IMG/VR virus record: IMGVR_UViG_3300032329_000548
Span: 1-32,086 of that record
DNA: 32,086 bases
Source of the DNA: a virus
Lineage: Duplodnaviria > Caudoviricetes
Strand: one strand, 5' to 3'
Both the position numbers and the translations under genes were made by a program. Below are positions 8,449 through 17,392 of the stretch, one piece after another (positions within the stretch are counted from its first letter, which is position 1; every line of letters begins with the position of its first letter). A model generated the notes under the pieces. It was not told the origin of the DNA. It did not search any database and worked only from the letters and a program-made list of their open reading frames with translations.

Positions 8449-8952
8449 TCAGTTTCGGCTTAAAACTGGATCAGGAAAGATAGGTGAAAGTTGGACGGAT
8501 TGCCCAGGATCCGGCGGTGTGTTTAGGTCATGCATGGCCATTTTTATGGCTACGGCCAAAGCCTCGGCGCCATCCATTCTCTTCATATACAGCATTTGAT
8601 TATTCAGTCCGCCAAACTTTAGTTCAACAAATGGGCGGCCATATCCGCGAAAAGCCACCCAAGCAACCCAAAGAGATGCTAGAAAAATGATTGCCCCAGT
8701 AAGTATCCAATCTTCTGAAACTAAAATGCCCCCCATCAATAGCCCAAAAGCACCAAGCAAAAACCACATTAACTTTACAATCACTCCGCTGTTGTCGCGA
8801 CCGTGACTTACTCCATGTATCGTCGCCAAGTTAAACACTTGATTATATGGATGCCCCAAAGTGACCATGCTTTTAGTCACACTGATTGTATCGTCGTAAT
8901 AGTATAACTTGGAAGAATCTGAATCTGGCTGATTAGAACCAAGCCTGTTCAT
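8449..8952 (-). CDS. Membrane protein, DUF6232-like (moron)
   Basis: 167 aa with two TM helices; YYDDTISVT...FNLATIHGV N-terminal pattern; more AT-rich than its flanks; has its own promoter. Confidence 0.6.
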   Translation of the reverse strand: MNRLGSNQPDSDSSKLYYYDDTISVTKSMVTLGHPYNQVFNLATIHGVSHGRDNSGVIVKLMWFLLGAFGLLMGGILVSEDWILTGAIIFLASLWVAWVAFRGYGRPFVELKFGGLNNQMLYMKRMDGAEALAVAIKMAMHDLNTPPDPGQSVQLSPIFPDPVLSRN

Positions 8953-8958
8953 GCCCTG

Positions 8959-8986
8959 ATCCTATGGTCAGAGCTAGTGCGGACAA
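8959..8986 (-). promoter_or_regulatory. Sigma70-like leaderless promoter for the moron
   Basis: TTGTCC-N16-TAGGAT-N6-ATG. Confidence 0.5.
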
Positions 8987-11053
8987 CTATTTTTTCCTAA
9001 TAGTCCTTGGCTTTTTGTCTTTTAGTCCAACTGCCTTTGCCACCATATCCAGCTCTTTAGCGGAAAGGTTAAAGTCAGGATCGTCCTTCATAATAAAGGC
9101 TTGGGATTCCGGCTTGGCGGATAAGTTTGTTCTAGATGTGAAACGTAGTTTACACGCAACCTGTCTTTTATCCTGATCGGGATAATCTTTGACCATGGCT
9201 CGATCTGTCATGCAGCGATCCATAAACGCATCCTCATTCTCGCCTAGCGTTGGATCGGGCATGTTTAGTTCTGTCTTTGAGGTAAAGCGCAACTTGCATG
9301 CCACCTGCCTTTTGTCCTGATCGGGATATTCTTTGATCATGCTTGTTTCGGTCATGCAACGATCCATGAAAGCGTCCACGTTTTCACCTGGCGTTGGATC
9401 TGGCATGTTCAGCTCTGTTTTGGAAGTGAAGCGAAGTTTGCATGCAATCAACCGTTTATCCTGATCTGGGTATTCCTTTTTCATGCTTGTCTCAGTCATG
9501 CAGCGATCCATGAACGCATCCTCGTTCTCGCCGGGCGTAGGATCTGGCATATCAAATTTAACGACTGCTGACAGTTCCGCATCCGGCCCAGCGTTTGGAT
9601 CCTTTTCAGGGTTTACCGGCGTAGGTTCATTGATTGCGGGCGCTTCTTTGACTGCTTCCACTGGGGCAGCAACGTCAGTCTGTGGCGTCACGGTTCCGAT
9701 AGATGCAATAAATTCACGTTCCTTTGCGATCTGTTTGACTTGTTCTTCCCAGTGTTGTCCTAACTCCCCAAAGTAGTCCTGTAGCGAGGATAGGCCCGCC
9801 TTATAGTCCTCTCGCGCCTGCTGTGCCTCGCGCCCGGCGTCCACGGTCAGCGACTTCGGCGTTTGCCATGTAACCTTGGCGTAATCTTCGGCAGCCGGTA
9901 GATCGCCGTTGGCAATCGCTCCGCCAATAAAGAAGCGCCACGCACGATTGCAGAATCTATCGATGAGCAAGCGTTGCCGTTGTTCAAATCTCCGCTGCGC
10001 CTTGGCTACAATAAACCGCATCCCGGCACCGCCAACGCTTGCTGGGTCATAAACAAACTCAACCGGCAGACCGAGGCCCATCGCCACGTCGCGAATCAGA
10101 AACTTGGCGAATGGTTCAAAACCGGCGTGCGGCCGGTTTGGCCCAATCATCTCAATTTTTTCGCCAGGTGAAAGACGCGGAATGGTGGCCGAGCTGGTGA
10201 TTTCCTCGCGGGCGATGGTTGGTTCGCCAGTGTCTTGCGCCTGTACGGTTCCAAAGAATCCTCCCTGCCCGGCCAGCTCGTCGCCCTGGTCGGTGGTGAT
10301 AACTGCTGCGATTGATCCCTGCAATTTTAATGCGTCCTTTTCAAACTCGCCAAGCATCTTGAGATCGCGAACGTGGTTTAATGCGCGGGCAAGTGAGGAT
10401 CCTCCGCGAATCTGATCAGGCCGTTCCAGCTCCATCAGGTGAATCACGGTCTCTGCGGAAAGTTTGCGGTATAGCTCGCCAGTCTGGACGAGGTATGCGG
10501 TGGGTTCACCAAGTTTCCCAAGGAACACGCCGTCGGCAGTTCCGTAGTCCTCGCCTTCGCAAACTCTGTGTCCTTCGACGATTTGCAGCTTGCCCTTCTC
10601 CGTCATCACCACAAACACGTCGCCATCCACGTCGATCGATCGAGAAAGCGCCAGCAGCATATCCGTCCAAGTCATCCGGCCGGTGACTTCGGGCGATGGT
10701 GCTACCATGTCCCGCCAGTATTCCTCGCACAGTCTGCCAAATTCTTGATCTGCTCCCCGATATTGTGGGCGTAACCCTGGGCCGATTGAATAGGTGGCGA
10801 TTGAATCCACCGCCCCCTTAATCAGTCCGACGTTGCGGTACATGTGCCGAGCAAGTTTTAGCAGCTCCGTCCTAGTGGCCTCGTTCAGATCCAGCCGCGA
10901 ATCGCGAGCATGTGCTCCGTAAATGACTGGTCGTTTGCGTGAAAAGCCAGCGCCTTCGTAGGGTTGAAATGTGCTGATGCCTGCACCGAATCCAGCGCCA
11001 AATGCTTTGATGCCTGCCCCCATCCGAGCCACGAGTGAAAGTTTCTGTGCCAT
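8987..11053 (-). CDS. Portal protein, lambda family, with a C-terminal triple-repeat extension
   Basis: YEGA N-terminal motif; VIHLMELERPDQIRGGS; GLGLPVEFV; VDAGREAQ; located after the terminase and gpW-like genes. Confidence 0.9.
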   Translation of the reverse strand: MAQKLSLVARMGAGIKAFGAGFGAGISTFQPYEGAGFSRKRPVIYGAHARDSRLDLNEATRTELLKLARHMYRNVGLIKGAVDSIATYSIGPGLRPQYRGADQEFGRLCEEYWRDMVAPSPEVTGRMTWTDMLLALSRSIDVDGDVFVVMTEKGKLQIVEGHRVCEGEDYGTADGVFLGKLGEPTAYLVQTGELYRKLSAETVIHLMELERPDQIRGGSSLARALNHVRDLKMLGEFEKDALKLQGSIAAVITTDQGDELAGQGGFFGTVQAQDTGEPTIAREEITSSATIPRLSPGEKIEMIGPNRPHAGFEPFAKFLIRDVAMGLGLPVEFVYDPASVGGAGMRFIVAKAQRRFEQRQRLLIDRFCNRAWRFFIGGAIANGDLPAAEDYAKVTWQTPKSLTVDAGREAQQAREDYKAGLSSLQDYFGELGQHWEEQVKQIAKEREFIASIGTVTPQTDVAAPVEAVKEAPAINEPTPVNPEKDPNAGPDAELSAVVKFDMPDPTPGENEDAFMDRCMTETSMKKEYPDQDKRLIACKLRFTSKTELNMPDPTPGENVDAFMDRCMTETSMIKEYPDQDKRQVACKLRFTSKTELNMPDPTLGENEDAFMDRCMTDRAMVKDYPDQDKRQVACKLRFTSRTNLSAKPESQAFIMKDDPDFNLSAKELDMVAKAVGLKDKKPRTIRKK
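9119..9550 (-). repeat. Three tandem 144-bp (48-aa) repeats in the portal C-terminus
   Basis: Units start at ATG 9550, 9406 and 9262: MPDPTPGENEDAFMDRCMTETSMxKEYPDQDKRxxACKLRFTSKTELN. Confidence 0.95.
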
Positions 11054-11055
11054 GA

Positions 11056-11349
11056 TCAGCTATCCAGAATGTAAGAAAATGAGGCGCTGGTGCGTGTGAC
11101 CTGTACGCCATTTAGGTAATCGATTGCGGCCTGAAATAGTTCAACTCGTTCGGTTGGTTTAAGATCGATCTGGAAGCTGGCCGATTGCCCCCCCGCCGAT
11201 GTGCCAATCAAAGCACGGCCAGCGGCCGCGCCGGTCATGGCCGAGTTGCGGTCGGTTGCAAGATTGGTCAGCGCGGTCGCCGTAACCCCAGAGGCTTGTG
11301 CCAGGTAGTTTGTTGCGACGGCCCGAGTGAGTCTGCGGGAAATGGCCAT
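11056..11349 (-). CDS. Putative head completion protein (gpW position)
   Basis: 97 aa between terminase and portal, as in lambda gene order. Confidence 0.55.
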   Translation of the reverse strand: MAISRRLTRAVATNYLAQASGVTATALTNLATDRNSAMTGAAAGRALIGTSAGGQSASFQIDLKPTERVELFQAAIDYLNGVQVTRTSASFSYILDS

Positions 11350-13097
11350 CAGGACGCTTCAGGTGTCAACGGATCTGATTCAATGGAAGCAGTCGGGCGA
11401 ATCACTTTTCCATATACGGCAAAGGCCGCCAGATATGTTTCGCAATCATACAAGTGATCCTGTCTGCTTTTGATTCGCACCCATTCGTAAAGATCGCGAC
11501 CCGTCTTACGGTTAATCCTGTGCACCTTTTTGTGGCTGCTCATGTGCTCGCGGTAGTCTGGGCTTACGTCGTGAGCGATTTCCCAGAGTGGCCCCTGCCC
11601 TCGTCGCAGCCATGCCAGTAAGTCTTGGCAGGCCGGAGAGCTGATAAGCAAAAGCATGCAGCCTGCGTCAGTGGGCTGTTCAGCCGAATGAACTGATTTC
11701 ATCCGACCGCGTGGCGTTTCGATCCAGTAGTTTGGACGCTCTTCGCCTTTCAGCGCTTTCCATTTATAGCGGGCGCAGATTCTGTACGAGTCTTGCGTCT
11801 CATAACCCGTATCCAGCGCGGTATGCTGTGGTTGCACGCCTAGTTCATGTAGGTGTTGCGCCACGTCCTCAATCGTTCTTGCCCGCCCTTCATCAATCAG
11901 CCTGCTTGATCCATCCCTAGCAAACGCCCTCACAACAAACCAATACTCGTCGATCTGTCTGTCTATGGCCGCAAGTTTAATATGTTCCGTTTCCCAGTTC
12001 TGCTTTTTTGCAAATGCGCCAGCGGGTATATCGACGGTTTTATCGTCATCAAACTGATCTTCCCACGGCATTGCGCTCCATCCGTTTACGAATCCCTGCA
12101 ATCCGTGCAGATAATGTTTCTGAGTTAGAAATTGCTTGGCGCAATCCGCAAAGGTGACGGTCGGCGAGTACCAACTAGGCAGTCGCATGCTGCGCCTTCC
12201 GCGTTCTGCGTTTGGATTTGCTGCCACCCACCTACCCTGCTCAACGGCCGTGCGTCGATGGCCTTCATTCCATGGCTCGTTGCACTTAACACAATGATAT
12301 GCCGCCGTCTCTCCCACTTTCTGCAAGTCCCATTTGCCGTCTGGATTGCGTGCGCTGTCTGCCCAACGCACTTGCCCAAACTCCATCGCTTGAAATTCAC
12401 CGCAAGCGTGGCAAGGCACACGGAAAGTCTCTTGCGTTCCTGCCTGATAGTTCTGCCATATATCGCCCGTGCTTAACGTGGGCGTGCTAGTGAGTACGTG
12501 CTTGCGATTTGGAAAAGCCTTTGTGCGTTCTAGCGCCAGATTGTAGGCGGCCGCTTCGCGTTCGGTCGGTGGCGCAAACTTGTCCAGCTCGTCCAATACA
12601 GCGATGCAGATCGGGCGTGAGCTGATGTTTGCTGGGCTATTTGATCCAACTAAGCTGAGAGTCATGCTGGTAAACTGCATCTCTAGGATTTTAAAATCGT
12701 CGCTGTCGTATGGGAACAGTGCCCGCACCGGCTTGCACTTCTCAAAGATCGGAGTCAGTCGCGTTTCGCTGTATGACCTAGCCAGATCCGCGTTTGGCAT
12801 AACTAGCAAGGCTGGCGCAGGATCGTTTGCAATTCTGTACGCCAGCCATATTGCTAGGGTGAGCGTCTTGCCTGTCTGACTGCCCCAGCAAAGGCTAATC
12901 GTATGGACGCCCGGATCGGCCAACGCTTCTAATACGCCCGCCACGTAAGGCGTGTACTTGGTTGAGTAAAGACCTGGGCGAGCTGTGATCCTGCTATCCA
13001 GCTCAATGTACTTTTCGGCCCACTCGATTACTGACGGCGGTGGCTCAAAGTTCCAGCGGTCACGCTCGCGTTTGAGTAGCTGTTCAGCCGCCTTCAC
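11349..13097 (-). CDS. Terminase large subunit, lambda GpA family
   Basis: TPYVAG; WGSQTGKT Walker A; VLDELDKF Walker B; STPT; two CxxC motifs; AIDRQ nuclease motif; RQDHLYDC. Confidence 0.95.
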   Translation of the reverse strand: MKAAEQLLKRERDRWNFEPPPSVIEWAEKYIELDSRITARPGLYSTKYTPYVAGVLEALADPGVHTISLCWGSQTGKTLTLAIWLAYRIANDPAPALLVMPNADLARSYSETRLTPIFEKCKPVRALFPYDSDDFKILEMQFTSMTLSLVGSNSPANISSRPICIAVLDELDKFAPPTEREAAAYNLALERTKAFPNRKHVLTSTPTLSTGDIWQNYQAGTQETFRVPCHACGEFQAMEFGQVRWADSARNPDGKWDLQKVGETAAYHCVKCNEPWNEGHRRTAVEQGRWVAANPNAERGRRSMRLPSWYSPTVTFADCAKQFLTQKHYLHGLQGFVNGWSAMPWEDQFDDDKTVDIPAGAFAKKQNWETEHIKLAAIDRQIDEYWFVVRAFARDGSSRLIDEGRARTIEDVAQHLHELGVQPQHTALDTGYETQDSYRICARYKWKALKGEERPNYWIETPRGRMKSVHSAEQPTDAGCMLLLISSPACQDLLAWLRRGQGPLWEIAHDVSPDYREHMSSHKKVHRINRKTGRDLYEWVRIKSRQDHLYDCETYLAAFAVYGKVIRPTASIESDPLTPEAS

Positions 13098-13585
13098 AGC
13101 GCGGCCTGCACTTGTCGCATGACTTGGCCTACCTCGTTCTCCACCTCTTTCTGGATCTCGGCGGCTGGTCGGTGGGCGCAGATAGGAGCTAGTCGTTTAG
13201 GCATGCCAAGCAGTAGAGGGATTAGTGCGTTAGTTCGACGTGCCAGTATCTTGTCGGCCTCGTCGATCGGAACCATCTTGCCCTCCGCCTCGTTAATGTC
13301 GGGCCGGTCGCCCTTCATTTTGCGCAGTGCCTCCACGACGCGGGTGTAATCGCCTATCAGTGACGACCGCTCCGGCCCGCTCGCCTCCTTGGCAGCTTCG
13401 CCCAGGGTAGCGGCCAGTGATTCAAGTCGATCAATCTCGCCGTCTAATCCTATCCCAGCGATCGGCTTCATAGGTTTTGCTGGCGCAACCGCCTGCCCCT
13501 TCTCAAGCTGGCGCCGAGCCTGTCGCAAACCGACGCCAGTAGCGGCGGCTTGAGCAAGAATTGCGGTGTTTGGTCGTCGTCCCAT
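13094..13585 (-). CDS. Terminase small subunit (Nu1-like)
   Basis: Directly upstream of and coupled to TerL; EAEGKMVPIDE...LLGMPKRLAP is typical of Nu1-like C-termini. Confidence 0.8.
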   Translation of the reverse strand: MGRRPNTAILAQAAATGVGLRQARRQLEKGQAVAPAKPMKPIAGIGLDGEIDRLESLAATLGEAAKEASGPERSSLIGDYTRVVEALRKMKGDRPDINEAEGKMVPIDEADKILARRTNALIPLLLGMPKRLAPICAHRPAAEIQKEVENEVGQVMRQVQAAL

Positions 13586-13691
13586 AACGTCATTCAATGT
13601 TTTTGCAAAAAACTCAAGTAATTACCGAATGTCTTTGCCATCGCGGCCTTTAAACCATTTATGATAGCTTCCTTATGAGAAAGTTTCATGG

Positions 13692-14174
13692 CTAGGTTGG
13701 CCCTACCAGTAGGCTGGACATGCCAGAATCTAGGCACACTGTTTGCTTATCCTTATATATATCATAAGGTAGCCACCACATCATCTCGGGTATGTTTTTT
13801 TCATAGATTCCCAAACAAACAAAATAATCCGCTTCTGATGATTGGGTTTTGCAATTATCCATATTGTTCCGAACACGCCAGGCATTTGTGCTCCATAAAG
13901 TAAATATGTGGCCACGATCGCTAGGATTAGCTGTTTTGATATGTATTCTTAAAAATTTATCTTTCCACCAAATAATTCTATCAATTCTAGAGTTTTGAGC
14001 GATTGGCATAAAAACGCTTATGTCTCGAGACAAACACCACAGATCAAAATAAGTCTCGCCTATCGAACCAACTAAAGAATTTCTGCTAGTAGTTAAGCAA
14101 TCAATTCCAGACGTTGTCGTCGTCTCAGGCTCGGCAAACAAATGCTGTTGATAGCTGATCGCTGTTTGAATCAT
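13692..14174 (-). CDS. PD-(D/E)XK endonuclease (PDDEXK_5 / homing-endonuclease-like)
   Basis: GSIGETYF...VFMP...IDRII...RIHIKT...ADYFV motif; AT-rich. Confidence 0.7.
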   Translation of the reverse strand: MIQTAISYQQHLFAEPETTTTSGIDCLTTSRNSLVGSIGETYFDLWCLSRDISVFMPIAQNSRIDRIIWWKDKFLRIHIKTANPSDRGHIFTLWSTNAWRVRNNMDNCKTQSSEADYFVCLGIYEKNIPEMMWWLPYDIYKDKQTVCLDSGMSSLLVGPT

Positions 14175-14629
14175 TGGGTCATTTCTTTATAAGCATTAAC
14201 AATCGGCTCGGCTTCAGCAAGAAACTGCTTTCGCAGTTCTTTGTCTTGGCTGATAAACTTCAATCCTCTCGACGCAAGCCACTGCCTTGCTTTCATAATA
14301 GGAAACAAGAAGTGTTTGGGTTCGCTTGGCTCGCTGACTGTGATTGGATCGGGCATGATGCCGATACGTAAATACGTTTGACGCATCAGACTGGGATCGG
14401 CTTCGCCATTCGTTAGCTTCTGCTGCGCTGCGGCGACTTTCTCATACCGCTTGCCAACTTCCTCTGTGATCCCTGCCTCTTTGCATAGATCGACAATGTT
14501 ATCGCCGTTGGTGCGAGCCTGCTGAATGATCTCGCCAGCTTCCGCTGCCAAGCCAATCGTCTTGCCAATCAGCTCTAACGCCTTGTCGCGTGTTACGTTT
14601 AGTTTGTTAATTACTGGGGTTAGTTTCAT
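14171..14629 (-). CDS. Hypothetical protein (DUF3102-like helical DNA-binding protein)
   Basis: AAEAGEIIQQAR...GITEEVGKRYEKVA...SLMRQTY pattern. Confidence 0.45.
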   Translation of the reverse strand: MKLTPVINKLNVTRDKALELIGKTIGLAAEAGEIIQQARTNGDNIVDLCKEAGITEEVGKRYEKVAAAQQKLTNGEADPSLMRQTYLRIGIMPDPITVSEPSEPKHFLFPIMKARQWLASRGLKFISQDKELRKQFLAEAEPIVNAYKEMTQ

Positions 14630-15099
14630 TTCTTAATGCCTTTCTGTAAAGCGGCCATATTAAATTTAGGCGCTTCACGCCGCCGCTTGGCGTGGACGCG
14701 GTATGCTCGTTTGCGGTAAGACTCACGTGCCTTCTCGCTCTTTTGCGATCGTGCCCGTATGCCCAGCCGGTCATAGACTTCTGTGACTTTCTTGCTGATC
14801 GCTTGCTTAGTGATGCCGTACCGCTTAGCCACGGCCGTCATAGATTCAGGCGACCGATTCAGCGATATGTTTAGTACTGCATGCCCTAGCGTGTCCGTTC
14901 GGTTGGCCATAGCCGGGTGATCGGCAGACTTATCCATCAAGTGCTCTATCACTTTTGTGATAGTCGCAACCGATGACGTGGTGACGGTGATCTTGAGCGC
15001 ATCGCATGACTCAAAGACCAAATCCTGCAAACTATCCATCATCAACGCTGGGTGCGGAATGTTGGCCGGGATTCGTTCGATTGCTTCCTGATCTATCAT
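14626..15099 (-). CDS. HTH transcriptional regulator (sigma70 region 4-like); candidate late-gene activator
   Basis: ESMTAVAKRYGITKQAISKKVTEVYDRLGI HTH and a basic tail; located between replication and packaging genes. Confidence 0.65.
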   Translation of the reverse strand: MIDQEAIERIPANIPHPALMMDSLQDLVFESCDALKITVTTSSVATITKVIEHLMDKSADHPAMANRTDTLGHAVLNISLNRSPESMTAVAKRYGITKQAISKKVTEVYDRLGIRARSQKSEKARESYRKRAYRVHAKRRREAPKFNMAALQKGIKK

Positions 15100-15117
15100 A
15101 TTAAATTAACCCCGCTG

Positions 15118-15245
15118 ATGCAGTGCTTGGTGCAGTAATGGAAATGGCCGTCTGCATTAGTGCAATAATAGGGCCTATAGGCCCTTTATTACTGCACCTA
15201 CATGCTCCCCAATACTGCACTAGTGCAATAAGGGTTATTGCACTA
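15118..15245. promoter_or_regulatory. Putative replication origin: TGCA-core iterons and palindromes
   Basis: Repeated GTGCA(A/G)TA / TA(C/T)TGCAC; perfect palindrome AGGGCCTATAGGCCCT (15170-15185); inverted repeat TAGTGCAATAA-GGG-TTATTGCACTA (15221-15245); non-coding and directly after the primase-helicase. Confidence 0.65.
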
Positions 15246-15248
15246 ACT

Positions 15249-17204
15249 TTAGAATGGCTCATTTGTCACCTTTTTACTGAATAAACCATCGCTGGCTTCT
15301 TCGATCAGACCGTCCTCTTTTGCCTGCTTTATGCGTGCCTTTGCCTGCCGTTCCTGTAGCCCGGTGGCCTGTTGTACGAATGCAACCACTTGGCTGTATT
15401 TAGCCCCTTCGGGTAACTTGCCCCAATCGATCGTGGATGCACGACGACCTACTGACTTCTCAGGCGCTCCGGCTTCAATCCACGCCATGCCCTTATCGGC
15501 ATGCTTAAGGTGGACTAGCGGCTGCGTCTTGCTGGCAATCAAATCGCTCGCAGTAACGCCAGGACGTAGCCCAGACCGCTTCCCGCGTTTGGTCACCTCT
15601 AGTTTGTAGGTGTACGTTCCTTGCTCATCCTGGCCACAAGGCGACAGCATTAACACGGCCCGCGCCCAATTTGTTAGTTCGCTCGATCCAAACCCGCTGT
15701 AAGCCTTGTCGTGCCCTTGGTAACCGCTGCCGTCCCGTGTTGGCTTAGGCGTGTGGTGCATAAGCATCCATGCAAACCCAGCCGACAACGCCAGCGGGTT
15801 CAGCATGTTGCGTAGAAAGCCACCGGCCGTCTCTTGGCTGGATAAGTCGCCACCGATAAACGCCAGCAAAGGATCCACCCAAGCCAGATGCGGCTTATGC
15901 TTTTCGACAAGGCGACGCATCCGATCCACAAACCGCTCCCCTGTCGATGTGCAGTCACGCACGATCACGATGTTTTGCTTAACAAGCGCAAGCTCATCGT
16001 CAGTAAGGTTCAACGCCTTTAATATGCCCTGCAACGCCTCTGCCACGTCGCCTTCATCGTTCTCGGCCTGCACAATCAGCGATTTCAACGGCTTGCCGTG
16101 TGGGGATATGCCAAAGAGATCACGGCCACAAGCCCAGGTGATAGCTGCCTGTAAGCACAGCACGCTCTTACCAAGCCCGCTACTTCCAACCCACAAGGCG
16201 GATCCGCCACGGCAAATCCAGCGTTTGCCTAGCAGTTGCGTCGGATCTGCGTCCTCCTTGAAATTGACCAAGTCCTCCCACTTATACGGCTCTGGGATAT
16301 CACCGTAGATCGTGCGCTCTTGCCACTCGATGTAAGTCAGCGTCGGAGCGCCACACTCGACCAATTCTTGCTGCTGGCCGGTGGCCGTACGCATAGCACC
16401 TGGCAACCTGGACAACCGCCCGGCGTCCTTGTTGGCAGGATCTAGCTTGGTGTGTTCTAGGTGCTTGTAAATAAACGCCACACGCTCGGCAAACTCCTTG
16501 GCGTTAGCTGCCCTCACATCAACAAAAGCATGCAGGCTACGTGAACCGCTTTTAATGATGGCGGAGGTAGGCAGGCCGCTGCGCTTAATTATCGCCCACT
16601 GTTCCTGCAACGTGCTTTCATCAAATTCGATTAGGCAGTGCCGGTATTTCGTGACGTGCTCTGCGGCTCGTCCGTTTCCATTGTTTGCGTTGATCGACAC
16701 ATACACGCCGACTGCCGATCCCTGCCACTCCTTTAGCCCGTCGCCCTTAAAGATTTCTAGCCACTCCTCACGGCTTCTCGTTTCACCGCTACCGTCCGGC
16801 CGCTCCCGGTCGCCGTCCTTAATCGATCGGCAGATATTGATCTGATCGCCTACGTCGAAACAGGTAGTCAGAAACTTATCGACCGGCCCGCTCTCCACGC
16901 TGATAGGCATGGGCGGCACTGGCAGATCCTCACGCACGATTGCCCCATTCTGATAACCGTACTTCGCTTTTGGCCTCCACGCTTCCCTGGCTGGCTTCGT
17001 GTAAGCTGATTTCACGGCGGCCACTGCCTCTTTCTGCGTCAGACCAAACTTAGCGCCCCAGATTTCGGCCTCCGTTTCGGCGTCGAACTGCGACAAGCCT
17101 TGGTCACGGAATTGCAGCGCCATCTTAAATAGCTCCGTGTTCCTATGCCCTTCCGGCGCCCCGTTGTGGTAAATCGCTTCCGTAGCTGGTGGAAGTGCGA
17201 TCAT
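15249..17204 (-). CDS. Primase-helicase (PriCT-like N-terminus, RepB/AEP-like primase, RecA-like AAA_25 helicase)
   Basis: EGHRN; LIEFD...SGSRSLHA...RLSRLPG; GSSGLGKS Walker A; QAEND; WVDPL; MHHTPK; GSSELTNWAR. Confidence 0.9.
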   Translation of the reverse strand: MIALPPATEAIYHNGAPEGHRNTELFKMALQFRDQGLSQFDAETEAEIWGAKFGLTQKEAVAAVKSAYTKPAREAWRPKAKYGYQNGAIVREDLPVPPMPISVESGPVDKFLTTCFDVGDQINICRSIKDGDRERPDGSGETRSREEWLEIFKGDGLKEWQGSAVGVYVSINANNGNGRAAEHVTKYRHCLIEFDESTLQEQWAIIKRSGLPTSAIIKSGSRSLHAFVDVRAANAKEFAERVAFIYKHLEHTKLDPANKDAGRLSRLPGAMRTATGQQQELVECGAPTLTYIEWQERTIYGDIPEPYKWEDLVNFKEDADPTQLLGKRWICRGGSALWVGSSGLGKSVLCLQAAITWACGRDLFGISPHGKPLKSLIVQAENDEGDVAEALQGILKALNLTDDELALVKQNIVIVRDCTSTGERFVDRMRRLVEKHKPHLAWVDPLLAFIGGDLSSQETAGGFLRNMLNPLALSAGFAWMLMHHTPKPTRDGSGYQGHDKAYSGFGSSELTNWARAVLMLSPCGQDEQGTYTYKLEVTKRGKRSGLRPGVTASDLIASKTQPLVHLKHADKGMAWIEAGAPEKSVGRRASTIDWGKLPEGAKYSQVVAFVQQATGLQERQAKARIKQAKEDGLIEEASDGLFSKKVTNEPF

Positions 17205-17392
17205 TTTTTGGAAAACCCCACCAACGCCTTCTCAATTACGTACTGAATCACTGCCTCTTCATCTTTCTTTAGCTGCCTCAGCCCAAATGCGTGCAACGCC
17301 TTCGCTGTTTTGGCGTCATAGCTTACGTCGACTAGAACTTGCTTTGGCGCAGGCCGTGCTTTTCCAAAAGTAATTTTGCCCAAATCCTTCAT
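17201..17392 (-). CDS. Small hypothetical protein
   Basis: 63 aa, ATGA-coupled on both sides. Confidence 0.6.
   Translation of the reverse strand: MKDLGKITFGKARPAPKQVLVDVSYDAKTAKALHAFGLRQLKKDEEAVIQYVIEKALVGFSKK

Noticed and set aside
9119-9550. CRISPR array or DGR template/variable repeat
   Set aside because: The repeats are contiguous in-frame coding units without spacers, the differences are mostly synonymous rather than adenine-specific, and no reverse transcriptase or cas gene is seen
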